Source: Prevotella sp. (GTDB taxonomy: Bacteria > Bacteroidota > Bacteroidia > Bacteroidales > Bacteroidaceae). Taken from it: DNA of 64,000 nucleotides. How positions within the stretch are numbered: position 1 is the stretch's first letter; the number at the start of each line of letters is the position of its first letter. Location of the stretch: NCBI GenBank assembly GCA_017458195.1, contig JAFTGI010000102.1, positions 13,556 through 77,555 of the forward strand, read 5' to 3'. A model generated the notes under the pieces. The model was not told where the DNA came from, searched no databases, and worked only from the letters and a program-made list of their open reading frames with translations. Shown in pieces: positions 57,412-64,000 of this stretch. The position numbers and the translations under genes were made by a program.

Positions 57412-59700
57412 TCAATGACTGATGTATTTCCTGCCTTTATAGATGTACATGCCCTTAGCCGGCTTTGTGGTCGAGCGGCGGCCGTCGATCATGTAGTAAA
57501 GGTCGGAGCTGGCGGGCTGGGCTGCGCTGACGCTGACGATGCCCGATGTATAGTTGACCTTATATTGATTCAGGTTGAGGTAGTTGTCTAAATAGCTTTG
57601 GTTCTGCTGCTGGAAAGCTTCCCATGCCTCGCGGTCGCTCTTGAGGTCGCTGCCCAGATAGAAGCCGGTGTGGGTGGGCTGGTTGTAGCCGACACACTCG
57701 TTGACGCACTGCATGTAGTAGTTATGGTCGGTCATGAGCCAGGGGAAGCGGTGCTCCGTCGGATACCAAGTGGTGAAGACCTTCAGGTCGCCGACGAGCG
57801 TGCCGTCGGGCACAATGACCTCCTCGCGCCAGTCGCCCAGCATGTCGCCGTACCACGAGGGATTCGACTTCGTGCCGTTGATGAAGCGCTCGGAGTAGCG
57901 GTACATGGTGAACACGCGGCCGCCGTTACGGTCGTTGTTGATGATGTTCTCGTTCATCAGCTGGCGGTTGAGCGTGCCGTCGAACCATACGGCCATGTTG
58001 CACGATGATGGCTTGTAGCCCAGCGCCTTGTTGCCGTCGTAGGCATAGGCGGAATAGTCGCTCGAGATGGGCCACCAGAACTCGCAGCCGGGCGAGTTGG
58101 GGTCGATGTCGTCGACCATGCAGCGGCCCATGTCGTTGCTGCTGGTGCCGTTGCGCTGCCATATCACCTTGCCGTCCTTGGCGTCGTGGAGTGCCACCCA
58201 TGCAATGCCGTTCTCCAGACAATGGAACACCTGCAGGCCTTCGCGGTCGGGCAGGAACTTGCCCACGTGGTTGGCGTCGCCATGTCCCAGTCCGCTGGTC
58301 CATAGGCCGGTGCCGTCGTTGTCGAAGGCGCATGAGCCGTACATGATTTCGTCGCAGCCGTCGCCGTCGAGGTCGGTGGCGTTGAAGGCGTGGTTGCCCT
58401 GAGCGGCATAGGCCGAGTTGAGCTTGCCGTCCTTGTTGGTGTCCTTGCCGCCGGCTTCGTCGGTGTCGAAGTGCCAGAGGCGGGTCAGGGTGCCTTCGAA
58501 TTCGCCTGAGGGCACAGGCTCATAGTTCCATCCCTCGACCACGGAGCGGGCGTAGACGCCACGACCCAGGAAGATGTGGTTCTTCTTGCCGTCGAATGAG
58601 GCGATGCCCAGGCGCAGCGAGTTTGCCAGTTTCCATGCGTAGCGGTTGGTGCGGTTGTCCCACTTCCGGTCGTTGGCGTCCCAGTTCTTGACCATCTCCT
58701 GCTCCGTCTGTCCCTCAGGGGCGCGGTTGATGAAGTTGGCACGGGCGAGCTCGCGGCCGGTCTTACCATCGATAACCGAGAAGAACTCGGGGCCGCCGTA
58801 GCCCTTGGGACCGTCGCCGGTGTAGTGGGCCACGGGCCACACGCTGCGGTAGTCGGTCTTGCCGTCGCCATTGGTGTCGCCGATCTCCTTGCCGTCGCCA
58901 AAGACGGTGCCCTCGCCGGTCTTCGTGACCACCTCGGCACAGCCGTCGCCGTCGAGGTCGGCCACGCCGAAGTTGATGCTGTTGCCCAGGATGATATTCG
59001 GTCCCGACTTGACACGCCAGAGCAACGTGCCGTCGAGCTTGTAGGCATCGAAGATGACGGTGTGGCGCACTTTCGGGTCTGAGTCGCTGGCGCCGGTGCC
59101 GCCGTCGAGGTGTCCCGTCGGCGAGACGAGGCGCTTCACGACAATCTCCATCTGGCCGTCGCCGTCGAGGTCGCCCACGCTGGCGTCATTGGCCTGATAT
59201 TCAAACTCGTCAGGATTGGCATAGACATCGTCGGTCGGCTGCAGGGGAATCGAAATATAGGGCAGCCCGTCCTGCATCTGCTTGCGGGTGAGGGTAAAGG
59301 TGCCCAGGGTCTCATCGCTGCCGGTGTAGGTCAGGCGGTAGGTGATGTCGTTGTTCTTGTCGCTGGGATCGTCCTGATAGTTGGTGGCCGTGATGGGCGT
59401 CACCTCATAGTGCATGCCGCCGGTGAAGGAAATCTTGCGGTTGAGCTGGCTCTCAACGCCGGCACCGATCTTGCGGTAAAGGTCGAATCCCGTATTTTCA
59501 TCGTCGCTCGGCAGCATGCGCCAGTTGACGAGCACCTTGCCGTAGTAGCCCTTGTAGGTGTCGTTGGTGGTCAGGTCGCCGCTGCTGGGCTTCTTGGCAA
59601 TAGTGGCCCAGAGGGCGCGTTCGGTCATGTTGCCGGACTGTGCATGCGCGCCAGTCATGGCAAGCATAGCTCCGAGGATGGTTGCGATAGACTTCTTCAT
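57412..59700 (-). CDS. Rhamnogalacturonan lyase (PL11) with T9SS-type tail
   Basis: ANDASVGDLDGDG, DAYKLDG, QGNH, GLGHGDA, NGTKSNP, GDWREE, YNQPTH. Confidence 0.88.
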   Translation of the reverse strand: MKKSIATILGAMLAMTGAHAQSGNMTERALWATIAKKPSSGDLTTNDTYKGYYGKVLVNWRMLPSDDENTGFDLYRKIGAGVESQLNRKISFTGGMHYEVTPITATNYQDDPSDKNNDITYRLTYTGSDETLGTFTLTRKQMQDGLPYISIPLQPTDDVYANPDEFEYQANDASVGDLDGDGQMEIVVKRLVSPTGHLDGGTGASDSDPKVRHTVIFDAYKLDGTLLWRVKSGPNIILGNSINFGVADLDGDGCAEVVTKTGEGTVFGDGKEIGDTNGDGKTDYRSVWPVAHYTGDGPKGYGGPEFFSVIDGKTGRELARANFINRAPEGQTEQEMVKNWDANDRKWDNRTNRYAWKLANSLRLGIASFDGKKNHIFLGRGVYARSVVEGWNYEPVPSGEFEGTLTRLWHFDTDEAGGKDTNKDGKLNSAYAAQGNHAFNATDLDGDGCDEIMYGSCAFDNDGTGLWTSGLGHGDANHVGKFLPDREGLQVFHCLENGIAWVALHDAKDGKVIWQRNGTSSNDMGRCMVDDIDPNSPGCEFWWPISSDYSAYAYDGNKALGYKPSSCNMAVWFDGTLNRQLMNENIINNDRNGGRVFTMYRYSERFINGTKSNPSWYGDMLGDWREEVIVPDGTLVGDLKVFTTWYPTEHRFPWLMTDHNYYMQCVNECVGYNQPTHTGFYLGSDLKSDREAWEAFQQQNQSYLDNYLNLNQYKVNYTSGIVSVSAAQPASSDLYYMIDGRRSTTKPAKGMYIYKGRKYISH

Positions 59701-59724
59701 GAGATTATCTGATGTTTATGGCTG

Positions 59725-61023
59725 TTACTTTCTTACGAGTTCTTTTTCAAGTTCTTCCAGGCTCTTGCCCTTGGTCTCGGGGCAACGGCGGAACAGGAAG
59801 ACGAAGGCGCACAGGCAGATGGCTGAGTAGATCCAGAACGTGCCGCTGCTGCCGAGGGCTGCATTCATCGACGGGAACGAGAATGTCAGCGTGCAGCAGC
59901 CTACCCAAAGCGCAAATGTGCAGGTGGCCATGGCGATGCCGCGAACGCGGTTGGGGAATATCTCAGCCAGCAGCGTCCAGGTGACGGGGCCGAGCGTCAT
60001 GGCATAGACCGAGATGGCGGCCACGACGAGCGCCACCATGGCGAAGCCCGTCATTCCCAGGAAGTAGCACGTGCCCAGCGTCAGGTAGATCAGCCCCAGT
60101 CCGCCGGCACCGATGAGCATCAGCGTGCGGCGTCCCCACTTCTCGATGGTGTAGAGGGCCACGAAGGTGAAGACCACGTTGGCAATGCCCGTGATGACGA
60201 TGTTGATGAACATGCCGTCGACGTCGAAGCCGGCACCGACAAAGATCTCCTGGGCGTAGTTGAAGATGACGTTAGTGCCGCACCACTGCTGGAACACGGC
60301 AATGACGAGGCCCAGCAGCAGCACGCGCCCATACTTGTGCTGGAAAAGTTCGCGAAGTCCCGCCTCCTGTTCTGTGTGCTGCGATACCATCGCAGCCTTC
60401 ATCTTCAAGTAGACAGGACTCTCGGGAATAAAGAAGCTCATCATGAGGAACAGCGCTGCGGGCAGCGTCTCAGCCCAGAACATCCAGCGCCAGCCCCACG
60501 CCACATTCCATGCCTGGCTCTCGGCCACCGTGGTGTCGCGTGCCAGCAGCATGTTGACAATCTGGGCCGAGAGGATTCCCAGCACGATAGTCATCTGGTT
60601 CAGGCTGACCATCCGCCCGCGAATCTCTGCGGGGCTCACCTCCGCGATGTACATCGGGGCCAGGGCCGAGGCAACGCCGATGCCCACGCCTCCGATGAAA
60701 CGGGCAATATTAAATAAGGTGAAGTCGTTGAACAGACCTGTTGCGACGGCCGACACCGTGAACAGCACGGCCGACACCATCAGCAGAGGCTTGCGCCCGT
60801 AGCGGTCGGCGGCTGCACCGGCCACCATCGCTCCCACCAGGCAGCCCACCAGGGCCGTCGTCATGGCCACGCCCTGCATCAGTGGCGACTCCGCGATGCC
60901 GAAATACAGTTCATAGAAAGGCTTTGCACCGCCAATGACCACCCAGTCGTAGCCAAAGAGCAGTCCGCCCATGGCTGACACGGCACAAATGAAATAGAGG
61001 AATCCCTTGCTGTAGTTATTCAT
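59725..61023 (-). CDS. Sugar porter family MFS transporter
   Basis: GGLLFGYD, DRYGRK, PMYIAE, PESP, QQWCG, PETKG. Confidence 0.93.
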   Translation of the reverse strand: MNNYSKGFLYFICAVSAMGGLLFGYDWVVIGGAKPFYELYFGIAESPLMQGVAMTTALVGCLVGAMVAGAAADRYGRKPLLMVSAVLFTVSAVATGLFNDFTLFNIARFIGGVGIGVASALAPMYIAEVSPAEIRGRMVSLNQMTIVLGILSAQIVNMLLARDTTVAESQAWNVAWGWRWMFWAETLPAALFLMMSFFIPESPVYLKMKAAMVSQHTEQEAGLRELFQHKYGRVLLLGLVIAVFQQWCGTNVIFNYAQEIFVGAGFDVDGMFINIVITGIANVVFTFVALYTIEKWGRRTLMLIGAGGLGLIYLTLGTCYFLGMTGFAMVALVVAAISVYAMTLGPVTWTLLAEIFPNRVRGIAMATCTFALWVGCCTLTFSFPSMNAALGSSGTFWIYSAICLCAFVFLFRRCPETKGKSLEELEKELVRK

Positions 61024-61140
61024 TGTTTTTAGTCTTAGTTTTTAATTCCGCTGCAAAATTACAAATAATCTTTCAATTACCAGATAGAAAAGGAAAAGAA
61101 AAACATGGATAATCCTATTATTTGCGATGTCGTTTTCTTG

Positions 61141-63153
61141 TTAATAATCCATGCAGACACCACCATCAGGACGGCAAATCTTAAACTTGAAGCAGTCGTT
61201 GACCTCTGGCAAGGCGATTTCGTAGCGTTGTCCAGGCTCCATTGTCGGCAAGGCTATCGAGCGGGGAGAGCCTTTGGCGTCAACGTATTTCAGCGTGTAG
61301 CCACGAAGCGTGTAAGATGGAATGGAATTCTTCACAGCAATGCCGACTATGAGTGTGCGGTCGTCGGCTTTTGTCTCCCAAACGCCGGCAAGCGTCTTGT
61401 TGTCGCGGACGGCTGTCGACGGTTGTACTTTGTCTATTTCAACAGGACTCATCAGGTCGCGCAGGACATAGTAGGAGGGTTTGGGATGATGTCGGTTGTC
61501 GGTGATGCCGTGACGGCGGATGCGATGCCTTCCGAGCCCTTCCTCACCCATCTGGGTGCGATAGTCCTCCAGGCAGAAATAGATATAGCCGGTCACAAAC
61601 TCTTGTCTCATCCATTCTTTGATATGATACAGCATGTCGTCTGTGCGGCGGCGATCACCTCCGACGAAGGCCGGCTCGCAGAGCCCATACTCGGTGATGA
61701 AAAGTGGACGGCCATTCAATACGGGGCTTATCTTGGCGAAATAGTCAGGCAGCTCCTCACGAATCTTCTTGCCGCTGCCATGCCACGTGCCGATATATTC
61801 ATTCCAGGTCGGGATGTCGAGCAGCAGCGAAGGGTCGTCGTCCAAATATTGATAAATCCGGTTGCCTACCGATTCTGCCATCCGTGATGGGTCCAGCTCT
61901 TTGATAAAGGCACCCAGATTGGCCACGGCAGCCTGGTTGTCGCGTACTTCATTGCTGACAGCCCAGGCATAGATGCAAGGATGGTTATAGTGAGCCTCAA
62001 TCATTTCTGCTATCGTCTCCTTGGCCAGTGCTTCCTGCTCAGGGGTGAGCTGCCCGCGCGGTTGCTGCCACCATGAGAGTTCTTCCTGTGCCAGGATGCC
62101 CAGCGAGTCTAATGCGTTGAGCATGTCCTCGCCCTGTATCCAGTGAAAGCGCGTTATGGTCGTGTTGAGGTCTTTCAGCATAGCGGCTGACTCCTGGATA
62201 TAGCCCTCAGGCTCAGCCATGCCAAAATCTGGATTGCTGCCGGGCATGGTCTCGATTCCTGGCAGCCGAACGGGTTCGCCGTTCAATACGAACCTGTTCC
62301 CCTCTATCTGGAAATTGCGGAATCCGAAGTGGCCCTTTCTCGTGTCGCTGACGGTGCCGCCTTCGATGACGCTCACCTCAAAGCCATAAAGGTTAGGATG
62401 GTCGAAATGCCAAGGTAACACCCTCCCGCAGTTGATCGTGGTTTCAAACGTGCCCTGACGGCTGCGCCTGAGCATCGTCCTTGTCTGGAATACAGGCTGA
62501 TGCGTCTGTTTGTCAAACACCTTTATGCCGAATGTTGCTCCTTTTACCTGTGGCTCATGCAGCCGGATGCTCACCTTGCAGGTGCCGATACTGTCAGCTG
62601 GCGACAACTGCGGCGTGAAGTGGGCATAGCGTATGCTCTTGCTGCCGGTCACGTGAAGGTTCACCTTGCGATATATGCCCCCGTCATTGGCCCAGTCAAA
62701 AGAGCGCATATAGGGGAAGTTGCTGGCAGAATAGGCATTGTTCACCCCGACCACCAACGTGTTCTCCTGCCCGTACTTCACATACTTGGTGATGTCAACC
62801 GTGAAAGGCGTGTAGCCTTTGCCGGCATGGCTACCTGCCAACTTGCCATTCACATAGATGAAGGCATCATGGTAGACGGCCTCGAACTCTGCTTTCAGCT
62901 GGCAGCCTTTCAGGTCGGCAGGCACTTCAATGCGCTTTTCGTACCATGCCTTGCCGGCATAATCTTCCAGTCCGTCCATAATGTTATATGTATGAGGCAC
63001 GCTCACGGTGACGGCTTCAGAGGGAAGGCCGGTCGAAAAGTCTGCACTGTCGGCTATAAAGAGCCACTCCCCATTAAGTGGAATGTCGAGCACCTGCGCA
63101 TTTAAGCCAAGAGAAGTGCTCGCCAGTAACAGTCCTAAAAGTATCGTTTTCAT
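61141..63153 (-). CDS. GH2 beta-galactosidase/glucuronidase
   Basis: FEAVYH, GKGYTPF, GGIYRKV, NHPCIYAWAVSNE, ITEYG. Confidence 0.88.
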   Translation of the reverse strand: MKTILLGLLLASTSLGLNAQVLDIPLNGEWLFIADSADFSTGLPSEAVTVSVPHTYNIMDGLEDYAGKAWYEKRIEVPADLKGCQLKAEFEAVYHDAFIYVNGKLAGSHAGKGYTPFTVDITKYVKYGQENTLVVGVNNAYSASNFPYMRSFDWANDGGIYRKVNLHVTGSKSIRYAHFTPQLSPADSIGTCKVSIRLHEPQVKGATFGIKVFDKQTHQPVFQTRTMLRRSRQGTFETTINCGRVLPWHFDHPNLYGFEVSVIEGGTVSDTRKGHFGFRNFQIEGNRFVLNGEPVRLPGIETMPGSNPDFGMAEPEGYIQESAAMLKDLNTTITRFHWIQGEDMLNALDSLGILAQEELSWWQQPRGQLTPEQEALAKETIAEMIEAHYNHPCIYAWAVSNEVRDNQAAVANLGAFIKELDPSRMAESVGNRIYQYLDDDPSLLLDIPTWNEYIGTWHGSGKKIREELPDYFAKISPVLNGRPLFITEYGLCEPAFVGGDRRRTDDMLYHIKEWMRQEFVTGYIYFCLEDYRTQMGEEGLGRHRIRRHGITDNRHHPKPSYYVLRDLMSPVEIDKVQPSTAVRDNKTLAGVWETKADDRTLIVGIAVKNSIPSYTLRGYTLKYVDAKGSPRSIALPTMEPGQRYEIALPEVNDCFKFKICRPDGGVCMDY

Positions 63154-63185
63154 TCTCTTAAAATATGATGACTATTGGTTGTTTC

Positions 63186-63383
63186 GTCTCAGTCCGAAAA
63201 ACTGGTTGCAGAAACTGCGGTTCTTTACAGGCAAATAAACGTCACTTTGGTTACAAAGTGGTGCTTTTTGAAGGTAATATACCCCTATATTACTTTCGAG
63301 AAGGACCGCTTCTTGACTTGCGAAGGACCATCTCACCGATAGGGAAGGACCGATATTTTTCAACCGGTTATTCAGACTGATCC
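63186..63383 (+). mobile_element. 198-bp MITE, copy 3, with perfect 8-bp target duplication
   Basis: GTTGTTTC at 63178-63185 and at 63384-63391 flanks the element. Confidence 0.92.
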
Positions 63384-63538
63384 GTTGTTTCCCTGAATTT
63401 GCTGCAAAATTACAAATAAAAACAATAGCGCGAGATGTTTTTTCTTATTCTGTATATGGACAATATTACGATTATTTCGGCATTATTTTTGGTAGAATCG
63501 AAAATAATGCCTAACTTTGCCCTCAAAAGAAACAAGGT

Positions 63539-64000
63539 ATGATTAAGCAGAAAGACGGATTCCAGGGTGAACAGGTGGTCGTGCTGCCGCCGATGCTGGT
63601 GGAGATGGCAGAGAGAGACCCGCTGGCTTCGAGCCTCTTTGTGACCGACATCGGGTATTATCCCAATGCGACCAACCATTATCGCGAGCGTCGCCGCCCC
63701 ATCGACCAGTATGTGCTCATCTATTGCATCGACGGTAGCGGGTGGTTCCAGCTTAACGGGAAGGAATACCAGGTGGCAAAGAATCAGTTCTTCATCCTGC
63801 CGGCGGGTGTGCCTCATGTCTATGGAGCACGCAACTCCTGGACAATCTACTGGGTGCACTTCCGGGGGCTGCATGCAAACATCTTTGCTGAAGACATGCA
63901 GACTCCGCAGAGCATCCGTCCGTCCACCAACTCGCGGATACAAGACCGCATCAACATCTTCGAGGAGATCTTCTCAACGCTCCATTCTGGTGGCGGTCTT
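63539..64000 (+). CDS. AraC-family transcriptional regulator (5' part; runs off the window)
   Basis: MIKQKDGFQGEQ..TDIGYYP..LIYCIDG.GW..PAGVPHVY..WTIYWVHF cupin domain; TAACTTTG at 63512. Confidence 0.85.
   Translation, partial: MIKQKDGFQGEQVVVLPPMLVEMAERDPLASSLFVTDIGYYPNATNHYRERRRPIDQYVLIYCIDGSGWFQLNGKEYQVAKNQFFILPAGVPHVYGARNSWTIYWVHFRGLHANIFAEDMQTPQSIRPSTNSRIQDRINIFEEIFSTLHSGGGL

Overview
Chromosomal window from a GC-rich Bacteroidales genome, most likely a rumen- or gut-type Prevotella. The assignment rests on TAnnTTTG promoter boxes, T9SS sprA, and the ddh, thrA-apgM-thrC and ffh-folD gene order. Housekeeping genes (ddh, ruvA, sprA, mutY, thr genes, 2-oxoacid:ferredoxin oxidoreductase, folD, ffh) alternate with secreted accessory proteins (CotH kinase, an extremely Cys-rich dockerin protein, an S8 protease-dockerin), two toxin-antitoxin loci and an AraC-linked glycan locus without SusC/D. 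The most unusual signal is a set of short-period repeats: 7-nt and 9-nt units, plus 21/22-nt units. Many fold into hairpins, and they sit both between genes and in-frame inside conserved enzymes (MutY, ThrC, an FAD oxidoreductase twice, a transglutaminase). One 9-nt array directly follows the remnant of a four-helix-bundle (23S-IVP/Avd-like) gene. Also present are three copies of a ~198-bp MITE (8-bp target duplication at two copies) and three pseudogenes collapsed by internal deletions. No rRNA, tRNA, CRISPR array or transposase was found. All calls come from reading the sequence; no database searches were run.
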